Assembly: GCA_977030845.1 (NCBI GenBank)
Contig: CDRPQX010000016.1
Coordinates: 248,001-312,000, forward strand
Length of the DNA: 64,000 nt
From: Fimbriosthenelais zetlandica
Lineage: Eukaryota
Direction of reading: 5' to 3'
Below are positions 21,719 through 58,770 of the stretch, one piece after another. The notes below the pieces were generated by a model. It had not been told where the DNA came from. It worked only from the letters and a program-made list of their open reading frames with translations, and did no database searches. Positions within the stretch are counted from its first letter, which is position 1. Every line of letters starts with the position of its first letter. Both the position numbers and the translations under genes were made by a program.

Positions 21719-23128
21719 ATGAATGTCTCTAGTAATGATACGCGTACGTTCGCCGTATCAGAGCTGGTCCGTATGTCGTTCTCGGTGTTAGGATTACTGG
21801 GTAACTCTCTGTCGTTCCTGGTCTTTAGTCGCCCCGCCTTCTGTCACTCCGGGTTCTCTGTCACTCTGCGCGTCCTGGCCGCGTTAGATACCGGCGTGAT
21901 TATAATCTATAACACCATCTCTATACACCACACCCTGACCACCACCACCCCGGTCACTGTACAGGACGGTCAGCTGAATGTAGTAGGTACATGGATGGTG
22001 TGTGTCATGGGGACAGCCAGCGCCTGGATGATAGTGACAGTCAGTGCTGACAGACTGACAGCGGTACTGTCACCTCTCTACATGAAGATTATCTTCACCA
22101 GGAGGAATAGTCTCCTCCTGGCTCTCTCCATCCTCCTCCTCTCATCCCTCCTCCTCCTCCCCATCCTCCTCCTCCCCCCGGGCCCCGGGGATAGCTTCGC
22201 CTTCCCCTTCATCCTGGCGCTCGGGTATTGCATCATCCCGTCAGCCGCCATTGCTGGATGTAACGTGGGGCTAGCCGTAACGTTAGTCCGCCGTAGACAG
22301 CTAGGTCATCAACGTATAGAGAATAAAGGCATCCACGTCATGTTAGCTGTTAACAGTACGGGGTTTATCATCCTCAGTCTACCCTTCCCCATGTACGAGG
22401 CGCTCTCCACACAGACGTGTATAGATCTACCCACACGTAGCTGGCTGCTTACCTTCACCGGACTTAACCACGTACTCAACTTCCTACTGTACGGCCTCAG
22501 TGGCTCCCTCTTCAGGCGTGAACTTAAACTGATGGTGTGTGGACGGTGTGTGAATAAAGTGAAACCCGGGGCTGAGAAGGTGAGCAGGAAGAGGTCTAAC
22601 ACTAGTGGTGGTACACGGAGTACACTAGCTGGCCAGGGCGGCCCTAAAGCTGACAATCAGAATAATAAAACCAGCCTAAAAACCGGTGGTCAGAATAATA
22701 AAACCAGCCTAAAAACCGGTGGTCAGAATAATAAAACCAGCGTAACAACTGGTGGTCAAATTAATAGCATCCAGTCTACTGTAAGTCCTGGGAGTAGAGG
22801 AACTGACCAGGCCAGCAGTAACACCAGCAACACCAGCAGTAAAACCAGCAGTAACAGAGGCAGTAACACTAGTAACACCCGTACGACTACATGTATTGAC
22901 AGCGCGTGTACTAGCGCCACTATTACAGACATAGAGAGTCCCTGTAACGACTGTAACATTACAGACATAGAGAGCCCCTGTAACGACTGTAACATTACAG
23001 ACATAGAGAGCCCCTGTAACGACTGTATGATTACAGGCATACAGAGACAGGCGGGCTGCAGCAGCTGGCTGGAGGTGCCAGGAAGTACACACCATCATTA
23101 CCTAGCGGTGGAGGAGCTAAACAACTAA
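21719..23128 (+). CDS. Second intronless rhodopsin-class GPCR, tandem paralogue of 19600-20820 (about 469 aa; alternative ATG at 21689)
   Basis: GNSL, LAALD, SADRL and NFLLY motifs; N-terminal NVS and NDT sequons; collinear with GPCR1; repetitive Ser/Thr/Cys-rich C-tail. Confidence 0.9.
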   Translation: MNVSSNDTRTFAVSELVRMSFSVLGLLGNSLSFLVFSRPAFCHSGFSVTLRVLAALDTGVIIIYNTISIHHTLTTTTPVTVQDGQLNVVGTWMVCVMGTASAWMIVTVSADRLTAVLSPLYMKIIFTRRNSLLLALSILLLSSLLLLPILLLPPGPGDSFAFPFILALGYCIIPSAAIAGCNVGLAVTLVRRRQLGHQRIENKGIHVMLAVNSTGFIILSLPFPMYEALSTQTCIDLPTRSWLLTFTGLNHVLNFLLYGLSGSLFRRELKLMVCGRCVNKVKPGAEKVSRKRSNTSGGTRSTLAGQGGPKADNQNNKTSLKTGGQNNKTSLKTGGQNNKTSVTTGGQINSIQSTVSPGSRGTDQASSNTSNTSSKTSSNRGSNTSNTRTTTCIDSACTSATITDIESPCNDCNITDIESPCNDCNITDIESPCNDCMITGIQRQAGCSSWLEVPGSTHHHYLAVEELNN

Positions 23129-24009
23129 TAACTAAATAAGTCATCTCCCTTGACAGAATGTGGCCCTATGTACCCCAGTCCATGTAGGTGGCTGGCATCT
23201 CCAACCCCAGTCCACTCCTGTGTGGGGAAGCATTGGACAACATTGGTATATAACTTTGCCAGAATTGCAAGTCATGAAAATCTAATGGATATCTCTAATG
23301 ACTTGGTACACTAATAGGGTACCCACCAGGGATCATTGCCTGTGATTCTTGCATGTGGATATTGTCTACAAGACAATCAACTGCACATGACTATTGACTA
23401 ATTAAAACTCAGAGTAACGGGTGATTTGTACATCCCTAGGGCGGTACTTGGACATATAGACCATGTACAACCATAGACTAAAGCATTGTTGTGTAACGCA
23501 TCTATTGTATGACCCTCTATGGTAAACATTACATTAACCCTAACCCTAACCCTACATGGAGCTAAACAATGATTCACTGTAATGTTCATAATCCGCGCCA
23601 CCTGGACGGTCACATGGTACTAACACCAGACAGTCAGTGGTAGCAGTCGAGTTGTAATCAAAATGACTCAAATCTTAAAATTAACTTAAGACTAAACAAC
23701 AACTTAAACATCTTAACTTTATTAAAAATAACAAAACATGATTGACTAATGAGAGAGCAAAGAATGTACTCACGTCCATGGAAGCACTAACGACTAGAAC
23801 ATCTACCGATACGAGAAAAAAAGCAATATATACCATCTGTATACAACCTTAACCCTAAACGCAGAACCCCAAAACCCCAAACCCATCCCTCAACCCAGAA
23901 TACAACCCACAACCCCAATCCTGACCCACAACACAACCCCAAACATGTAGCAATAAAAGCATACAATCTATACTATTATGACAACCACAGATTTCACTCA
24001 CAGAACAAA

Positions 24010-24140
24010 TTCATGACAAGCCATGACGACGTTCATGACAAGCCATGACGACGTTCATGACAAGCCATGACGACGCTCATGACAAGCCATGACGACGCTC
24101 ATGACAACCCATGACGACGCTCATGACAAGCCATGACGAC
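24010..24140. repeat. 22-bp tandem repeat (about 6 copies) in the ABCC 3' UTR
   Basis: Unit catgacaagccatgacgacg(t/c)t; a minus-strand AATAAA lies at 23718-23723. Confidence 0.85.
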
Positions 24141-24226
24141 GCACAACACGCGTCCGAGGCGACGCGTAATAAACCCTTTAGTTGCTATAGTTTGCTTCCA
24201 TCACAAAGTCTGCTTTACTTATTACA

Positions 24227-48833
<24,607 letters not shown>

Positions 48834-48849
48834 CTTAAAACCTCACTGG

Positions 48850-49200
48850 TTATTATCCAGGTTATTGGTTGTCCAGGTTATTGGTTGTCCAGGTTATTGG
48901 TTGTCCAGGATATTGGTTGTCCAGGTTATTGGTTGTCTCAGTGACTGGTTGCCTTGGCTATTGGTTGCCTTGTCTATTGGTTGCCTTGGCTATTGGTTGC
49001 CTTGGCTATTGGTTGCCTTGGCTATTGGTTGCCTTGGCTATTGGTTGCCTTGGCTATTGGTTGCCTTGGCTATTGGTTGCCTTGGCTATTGGTTGCCTTG
49101 GCTATTGGTTGCCTTGGCTATTGGTTGCCTTGGCTATTGGTTGCCTTGGCTATTGGTTGCCTTGGCTATTGGTTGCCTTGGCTGGTTGGCTGGTTGTCTT
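48850..49200. repeat. 16-bp minisatellite (about 20 copies) immediately upstream of the ABCC ATG
   Basis: Unit ttggctattggttgcc, with degenerate ccaggttattggttgt copies at the left end. Confidence 0.9.
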
Positions 49201-52200
49201 GGCTCGGTTTTTGGTTATGTATTTATCATATAAATGTATGAATGTAGTGGTTGAGAATAACGTCCTTATTCCTTCACTCTCCATGTGTCGTTATGACAAC
49301 CAAAGTCTGAGACAAAAGACGATCACGTGGTCCTCACGTCCTCATTACGTCCTCACCTTACACACGTCCTCATTAGGTCCTCACCTTACCGGCCGTTACT
49401 ATGGGAACCTGGGTGTAATGGTAGGTGTGTGTGCCGGGCGGGGTGTGGATGTGCCGGGCGGGGTGTGGATGTCATATATGGGACCTATCTCTATATATAC
49501 ACCTCTATAGGTACTGGTGGTGGGGGGGGGGGGGGGGGGTTGGCAGGGCACCAGCCCTCACCCCCCATCTGTCCTATAGGCGTTCTGCCAGTCTTGTCGA
49601 TTCACCGTTTCTATTCATTTCTTCTCTATTCATGTTTCTATGATTCAGCAGATAGCCGTACAGGGAGAGGCTAATAAAGTGTGAGAGGACACGATCAGTG
49701 GTCCGAGTCTGAGATCAAGTCTGATCACCAGATCACCGGCCCGAGATGAACTCTTAGACCTGGCACTAATCCAGTAATCACCCCCATGACCCCCCCACCA
49801 TCTCACCTATAATGAGGTACCTCAGTAAGTTTATATTTTATATTTTATGTATAATGTTCATCACGATTCCCCTGCCACCTACTGCCTTATATTCCATGTT
49901 TGCTTCTTCTCTTTATGCTGAGCAAACTTTCCTCTATTTTTGGCTGGGATTCAGGCCCCCACTCCAACCCCCGGGCGCCCCCTACAGCCTAGTGGTGGTA
50001 CTAACTCACAACTGACAGACAGTTGGATAATACGCCAGATGAGGGGTTAACTTAAAAGATAGGCGCCATCTACAGCCTAGTGCGGGTACCTCTCATTGTA
50101 CCAGGTGTGTGGGGAGATGGATGGGGGGGGGGGGGGTGTAGGTGGTGAGGAAGTGGGGCTGGATTTCTAAACTAATCAATAAAATCTACAAAATTGAACA
50201 AGTGATCTCCGACTCCGCCTCAGGTGCGGATCTACTATACTTCATTAATTATAACAGACAATATATACCCTAGATCCACTGTGAGAGTCACTCATAGTTG
50301 TTAACTAGTTTATAAAAGTAAACAAGATTATCGTATACTACTATGTATCTAGTAATCCACTCTGCCATGGACTATAGCTACATGCATGGTGAACCTTAAG
50401 CCTATGATTTAAAGTGTTAAGTGGTTCACGTTTTAACCCATGCCTGTATGTAGTGTGACTGGGGCTTAAGCTGAGTGTAGTGGATCAGGGCTTTAAATCC
50501 CCCGGGACGTTAATCCCGCCTTCTTCACTTCACTACAGACCAGCGAGGCGTTCACACCTACAGCTTTAAGGTGCATAGTCCGCATAGTCTACATGGACTA
50601 ACCATTATATTCACTGACCACTACATGATCTACACAGACCAGCGCGAGGCGCTCACACCTATAGCTTTAACAACCACCACATAGTCTACATGGACTGACC
50701 ACTACATGATCTACACTGACCAGTGAGGACTTTATTTTACACACTGACCACTACATGATCTACACTGACCAGTGAGGACTTTATTTTACACACTGACCAC
50801 TAGAAAACATCGACGATGACACGCGGTAAAACTAAGGTGGGTCTACATTATAATATACGGCGTGCATTAATATGATAATACTGCACGGGCGTGCATTATT
50901 ACAGCCATAATGAACCATTAATATAGAGTGAGATAGTGTGTTAATATAACATCTTAATGAGTGATTCATTAATCAGTTAGTGGTCATTCATTAATCAGTT
51001 AGTGGTCATTCATTAATCAGGTGGTGGCCGTATCGCGCGTCGTCAGGAAGTCAGTGAGTTCTCCTCACTATATAACGTTATATATATATATAATATACTA
51101 TAGGTGATATATATATATATATAATATATATATAATATATTATAGGTGATATATATATATATATAATATATATATAATATATTATAGGTGATATATAATA
51201 TATATATAACGTTATAAAGGATACTATATTGTTATAAAGGATTCTATATTGTTATAGCACCGCATGACATGTTCATTCTCATGTTTTATATTTATAATGT
51301 TTCTCTCCTTAGGAATATTTTCACAGATTTACATACATTAGGGGTGGGGGTAGGGGGCAGGGGGTAGGGGGATGATGTGGGGAGGGGGCAGGGCGGACCA
51401 TTAATATTAGACATGTAATATTAACTTCTGAGTAACTATCATTTCCACTGTTAAAACCTTAATTAATTTACACGAACATGAACAACTTGGCAGTGAGAAC
51501 CCTCACCTGACTGGAAGCCAACATCAAACATCAGACCAGCAAACTTGCCTATATCAAACCTCACCGACATCAAAGTTAAATAAATAATCAATAGTGTAGG
51601 AGTAATGATCACTGTACAGAGAGCTCAATGTTCTACACAATATGTTACTCTAGTACAGAGAGAAGCGGGAGGAAAGCCGCTTACAGCCAGCCTTAATACA
51701 GTAGTCAGCGGGGGTAGGGGGTTTGGGGGGGGGGGGTAGGGGTGTGTGTGTGTGGGGGGGGGGGGGGGGGTAGGGGTGTGTGTGTGTGGGGGGGGGGGAG
51801 TAATAAATAAATCAATCCTAGTTAAACAAAACAGAAGTAAACATTACAAAAGTCTGAGCTGGTTCTGACATGTTGTCTACCCCCCCCCCCCCCCCCCCCC
51901 TACATTAGTCTACAGTATAAAGCTACATATATAATAGAGTTAATATATTAAATCATTGATATAATATTAATCTACAAGCAGGAGTACTGGATTAACACAG
52001 TAATCCCATCTACAACCACCATGTACATCATCAACATATCGTATATTTGTGGATTTTTTTTCTGTATTTTGACAGTTTTTTAAGCATGTTTTTTTAAAAG
52101 CATGCACAATTTTTCATGTGAAATATGACCATGTTTGACAGTGTTTTGCGGTTTTCATTTTGTATGTGTATTATTAAAGTGACCAGTTTTTGCAGTGATT

Positions 52201-54374
52201 TTAAAGTAGCAGAATTTACAGTTAGTTTTACATGTTTTGCTTCAATTTTCCACCATGAATGATGTTTACATTTTAATGAATTATAGACGGAGTTTTGAAT
52301 ATTGTTTGACATTTTGCATTTTAAACGATTTCACAAAGAAAGCACAAGACGGAACTCTTTTGTTAAGAGGAATTTTACTCAAATTTTGAAAACAATTTTC
52401 AGTAGTATATTTTAAATGTGATAAGAAAGTTTGAATATTTAATTGTCTGGTATAAAGTTTAGATGTGGAAAAACCAACGACTGATCCAATATCTATCTAC
52501 ATCTAGATCTACTCTAATCTATGTATCTAAATCTAACCTAGTTTATATAAGTAATTTACTATCTGTTACACATTTAATTATAGAAGTACAGCTGTAGGCA
52601 TTCTATGTCATTTAATATTTAACACAAAGTGAAACTCGTTTCCAGGGAAAGGGAAGAGGTAAAGATGCCAAGGTGAGTAGAGAGAGTGAGAGGTTAATAT
52701 GATGATGATTTATTTAATGTGTATAATATACTAACATAGAGTATTAATGATTACATAACAATATAACTCGCTAAGACTCGCTACTCAAACTAATCACACT
52801 CACACTATATTCATTGGGATCAGATTCACTCTCCAATGGCAGTGAGAAAAATAGCCACACTGGTCAGTCCGGTCAAGGCGTGCAGGGCGGGGCGGGGGGA
52901 GGGGGGGGGGCGGGGGGGCTATCTAATCAGTCTCGTGAAAATTTGACCCCTCAATCACTCAATACCAAACAATATAAACAGAATGAAAATTAATACCAGT
53001 AGACAAATAAACAATAAAAGAACATAATGTAAACACGACAGGGTAAAAGATATCAGCAATAAACTGAAAATGAATGAATAAATTAAAATAAAAACACTTA
53101 CCGGTGTAAGCCTATATGTATACGTGCTGCCGTAACGGTAGCTGTGGATCCCTCCATCTGTGGTCAGTCTGGTCGTAAGAGGGGTGTGGTCAATGTTGAC
53201 GATAGTCCAGCCCCATGAAGGGCCATCCCCCACTCACCCCGCATCCAGGGGGAGGGGTTCAAGGTGACTGACCCACAGTGTTTATAGTCCTACACAGTCC
53301 TGTGGTTACATTATTACAGTTTGTAATGAGTTTATTAATCCCGGGGTCAGTCGGGGCGGAGTGAGAGTGTCACACATGTCACACAGATCTGACAGCTGAT
53401 CCACGCCTCCTCGCCGGTCACTCAGGTCTCTCACTCCATGTCCAGGTCTCTCACTCCATGTCCGCTCACACCCAATACACACCATGCCACGTACAAAACA
53501 CATCACAATTATAAAGATAACACATCTCCCCGTACCTTCCTCATGTCTGTATGTCCTCCTGTCGTTTATTGTCGCTGGTTTTGATGATTTAATGGTGGTA
53601 AAAGGTGGACTGTGGTAGGTAGTAGGTGGGCCGGCGTGGCAGGGTGAGGGGGGAGGGAGCGAGGTGTTCGTGTGTTGGTCAGTATGGGGGTTGGTCCATG
53701 CTACGTCATCACGGGAATTCCGGAAGGGAAACCCCCATCTCTGACAAGATGGCGGACGTGGCGGCCAAAATAGCCGATTTGACATTTCAGCAGTTGAAAA
53801 AGCATGAATTACATCACTCTGAGGGATTGTTGAGATTCCCAAAACAAAGGGAAGCTGTATGACTATATGGCCGTGTGTTTCGAGGAGTTGAGCCTCCATG
53901 TCATTCGTTATTTTTTCCAATAACATCATGAAAACATGGGCGGGAATGGATCCTCGCTAGTTGCAGCTATGGTTTATGGCCTATAAGGGGTGATCATTAG
54001 AATACCAGGGGGTGGGGGAGGGAACCAATTGAGTTTTTTTTTAAATCAGCAAGTTTGTGGGAATATTGTTTAAATAAATTTAAAAAAAGAGGAGGGGGAA
54101 ATAAATATTCTATGGTCGTAGTGGGGACAGATATACAGGACACCGAAAATTGATGATTTTACATTATTTATTACTTCTAGGTCGCTATTAATTGTTTCTC
54201 ATGAATGTTTACAAAACACTATCAAATAAAATAAAAGACACAGGGACGGTATGAGATATTAATCATATGAACAAATCTTGAACCTTTTATTTAATATTAT
54301 ATTTTAACAATGATTCTTAACACGCGACTATAAAATTATCATGAGTAATTACATCACATTATCTGTGTAAGGAC

Positions 54375-54995
54375 GTTTAAAAAGAATATCCCAGAACAAG
54401 CACTAGCTGTTATAAAGAAGTATTACATAAGATATGCTATCGACACATGTATATATGGATATAAGTTATAATTTATATAAACAACATCGACAAAGAGCGA
54501 GGTCCCCACTTCAATGTGACCGTATCTGACCCTTCTTGACCTGCACTTTTTAATTCAAGTACGGTATCATTATCACGAGATATTGCATCATATTATCTGT
54601 GTAAGATTTAATAAGAATATCCCAGAACAAGCTCTAGAACTAATACATCAAATATTAATTGTGATATGGATATAAGTTAATTCATATTATAATTCATATG
54701 AACAACATAGAAAAAGAGCGAGGTCCCCACTTCAATCTGACCCTTCTTGACCTGTACTTTTTAATTCAAGTACGGTATCATTATCACGAAATATTACATC
54801 ATATTATCTGTGTAAGATTTAATAAGAATATCCCAGAACAAGCTCTAGATGTTATAAAGAAGTAATACATCAAATATTAATTGTGATATGGATATAAGTT
54901 AATTCATATTATAATTCATATAAACAACATAGAAAAAGAGCGAGGTCCGCACTTCAATCTGACCCTTCTTGACCTGCATTATTCAAGTACGGTAG
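54375..54995. repeat. About 200-bp unit in three diverged tandem copies
   Basis: aagaatatcccagaacaag...aaagagcgaggtcc(c/g)cacttcaat...gacccttcttgacctg...ttcaagtacggta recurs near 54380, 54612 and 54822. Confidence 0.8.
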
Positions 54996-57949
54996 GCCCT
55001 ACCGTATAAAAAATGATGAGCATTTAACTAACGCTGCGGACAAGGTGGCACGAGACTCGTGATAATGATAAGTCTGATTTAAATCCTCACAAGAAAACAA
55101 AGCTAAACAATCTTAATAAACTTATCCCAGTTTTGTGAGGAATATACTTCAAAGTGCAGGCACTCTTGTGGACAAAATGAGGTGCGTTAATTTGGTCAAA
55201 CATTTGATCTATTAAAAAATTGTTTCTATTAAATATTAATTATTGACCGCATATGTAAAGAGACAGGTTCACAAATCAATAAAAAGTATAAAGAAATTTT
55301 GAATCTACATAAAAAGTTTCTTCATGTAGGTTTTACATTGGGGTAATAGCAGGGGAAGGGGAAGAGGAGAGATTGGGATGGTCTGGGAGAAGTGGGATAA
55401 GAGTTAGGTAGCCTGCCTGGCAGCCCTCTGACTCGGTTAATGTTAATAGATTATAGGTTAGTAGTTAGTAAGTGTTAGATTGTAATTGTTGATGGTTTTT
55501 TAACGTAACCTTTCAACGATTGTTAAGTTAGTCAGATGGCAGGCAGGCATTGGAATTGGAGGGTGGGAGGCAGATGGTATATATGCATGTAAAACCAAAA
55601 ATGAATAAATGCTACGAAGTAAATGCCCAAACTTGTAGAACTACTGCACAATTTTCTGCACACAAGAGTGTCTACATTTTGTGGGATACTCGTGCCTGAG
55701 AAGCTACTGTTACACATGATAATGTAGCATTTACGTTTACATTCAGTTTTAACATTTATAATATAAAGCATCGTAATCTTCCTCCATATAAGGCGGCCGG
55801 TACTAGAAGTCCTATCAGCGCCTGTATTCCAATCATTGATCACATCATAGATCGCTAGTGGGGAGTCTCTAGATCATCTCATCTATGGCTGATTGAGAGC
55901 AAAAATCAAAATCAAAATCATAGAATTAGAAAATACAATCTTACTGATTCAAATAGAATGAGGAGAATTTAAAGTTATTTGAACTAGGCCTAAGGGATTA
56001 TTCTGAAGCAAAACTGCTGAGCTTACCTTGGGTGTCATTTTGCTAGTGTTCCAACCGTCCATTCAAGAGTTCCAATCATCTAGTCAGGTGTTCCAATCAT
56101 CTAGTCAAGCGATCCTATCGTCCAGTCAGGCGATCCTATCGTCCAGTCAAGCGATCCTATCGTCCAGTCAAGCGATCCTATCGTCCAGTCAAGCGATCCT
56201 ATCGTCCAGTCACATCTGTGGTTGATCGAGGTCCATATAGCAGATCACCAGAAACGTTCACCTCATGAATCACTGAAAAGATACTCAAAACACATGAGAT
56301 TCACGAAATGGTCTAAAATGTTCAATTTCACTTTTAGTGAAAAAAATAAAGCCTATCAGAAGGTAAATTCAATTTGGTGCGAACAAACAGTTTGATAAGA
56401 GCTTGAGAGTTTAGTTAGAATTTGGGCCAGAGAAAGTTGATACAAATTATATTTGACAAATGGAAACCAGAGAAACGACAGTAGAACTTGTACATGAGGA
56501 GGTTAACAAGTCCCTGGCTAATTAAGGCCTAGAGACCGTCACCATTGTAAACCCTGGCTAAATATTACCTAGAGTGTAAACTATGGATATAGTGGCTCCT
56601 GATTGAACAAGATCTCACATCGCTTTCACTAGTCCCCACTTATCCAAGGATACTGGTTGCTGAAGGCAATAAATCTCTCACAACTTGACTAGATGATGTT
56701 TAGCTGGTTGATTTCAAGCTCGTATCAAAAGAATGTTCATATAGAAAAATAATGCACGAACTCAAGGGAATTATTACCGTAATATATATATTAGCAGGAG
56801 CTTAGTAAATAGTTATAAAAGCTTACTTCATTTCCTTGGGTAATTCAATTTGATACTCATACAAGAAATCCCTGAAGAAAGGAAGTCCAAAGCACTCGAT
56901 GACAAACTTGATCACTCTGACCTGGTCCTATCTGTTATCTGCTTGAGTCCCGTAGATTGAGGTGATGTGGAGGGTGCAGTGTCTTCATGTATGGGCCTCC
57001 ACTCTCCTCTCACCATCCTGTCAAGGAGAACTTGTCGGCAGTCACCTTAAAATAATCGGTCTCCAGACCGAAAAGTTAAAAGTTAAATCAAATTCTTTTA
57101 AAAGTTAAATCAAATTTGTATTGCTGAAAAGGAACTTTCTTAACAGAATCTAACATACAATACAAACAAACAAACAAACAAACATAAAAACAAACAAATA
57201 GGAAGGCAACAGCGGTACTTGTACACCAGGTTACTCTAGAAGCCTGCATCAAGCTGCAAAACAGCTACAGAACCTGGCAAATTTAAACCAAGGAACTGTC
57301 ATCCCTGACTTCCTAATAATCGCCTAAACTAAGGCAGAGTTCAAGAGTCTCCTGATGCAGCAAGCCCAACCATCCCTTTACCAGGACTTACCACTTAAAA
57401 ATACACTGAAAAAAAGAACAATTCTGAAAAAAAGAACAATTCTGAAAAAAAGAACAATTCTGAAAAAAAAAATAATTCTGAAAAAAAGAAAAAGGAAAAA
57501 TACATGTATACAGGCGGAAAGGGAAAAGAAAAAAGAACACACGATAGGATGTGTTAGAAAACATTGCTGGGACAAATGTAAAATACTATATTGGTTCATA
57601 ATGTAATTGATCAGGCAGAGCAGAAAGTTAATTAATTTTCATATTAATAATTTATCCCATGTTTTCCAACAACATCAAGGAGAAAACTTAAACTGAAAGT
57701 TTTGATAAAAAACGACAATCTCCCAACCAGCAAAGGCACTGGTCAAAAGACTGCCTCACGATGAGTATACTCGCGACTTCCTTTTGGGCTATGGTGGCGT
57801 CTGAAATTAAATAGAAAATACATTTATTAAAGTGTCATAAATAGTCATGGGAGCTCAGATTAATTGATGGTATCACTATAATATCTCATTGATATACCCA
57901 CTAATAAATAGATAGTTGTTTAAAAACAGAACAAGAAAGAAAAAGCAAT

Positions 57950-58770
57950 TATACAAGAGAACTAGGACCTAGGACCTATACTAGGTGATCAACCAGCAAA
58001 TGATTTATCCCACAAAATTACAAATATCCAACTGTATCCATGTGAATGCTTTGAAAATGTATTTTTGCAATGCGTAGAAATCAAGAAATTATCTCGAAGT
58101 ATTGCGTATATAATAAATAGCAATAAATGTCACGAGTGAAATGGTGAAAGTTTGGTGAATTGGTTTAACAATGTTTTTTCCAAATCTTAAATCACTTGAA
58201 CAAGAAGTTGAATAAATTTATCAAAACAATTATAAGGATTGTAGTTTCAAAGTGGACATAGTCCAAAAAAGACAAATGGAATACGAATGATTCTAAACAT
58301 TGTTCGGTAATCGGTATAAATGTGTTACAGTTACCAGGAATTTGGTGTAAACAATTTAATTTTGAAACATTTGCATTTCAACAAATGTATTTCTTTAAAT
58401 GGAAAATTTAGAACATGAAAATCTTTCAAACACTGAAGTCTAGTGTTTCGACAAGAATCCATGGCGAAACGATTTGATAAATAATGCTCTAAACATGGAC
58501 AGATATATCTAAATAGATCAACATCTATTCAAATAATTATGAAACAATCTTTGTAAAAGTGTAATCCAAATGTGTAATCCAAATCCCTAGGATATAAATA
58601 TTCCTTTCGACGTAAAACCAGAACACCAAACTTTCAATACTCCGATCTCCAAGACATTAAAAAGCATCAAATTATTCCAAATATGACAAATAATTCTCTT
58701 CACATTCTCAAAGCAACACCCTGGAAATCAGCACACTTTCAATGACTATAAATTATAAAATAGAAAAAGA
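57950..58770 (-). mobile_element. Possible highly degraded non-LTR (L1/Tx1-like) retrotransposon ORF2 remnant
   Basis: AT-rich block; stop-interrupted minus-strand peptides IYILGIWI and LSMFRALFIKSF resemble the post-RT YLG and LSLxGRxxIKS segments. Recognition by eye only. Confidence 0.25.

Noticed and set aside
23530-23555. (TAACCC)3 as an interstitial telomere or fusion site
   Set aside because: Only three units, no inverted junction; such short tracts are common.
51060-51260. Apparent inverted repeat or hairpin element
   Set aside because: It consists of low-complexity (TA)n sequence, where self-complementarity is expected by chance.
53306-53929. 207-aa minus-strand ORF
   Set aside because: No recognisable domain, mixed low-complexity composition, and no consistent splice context.
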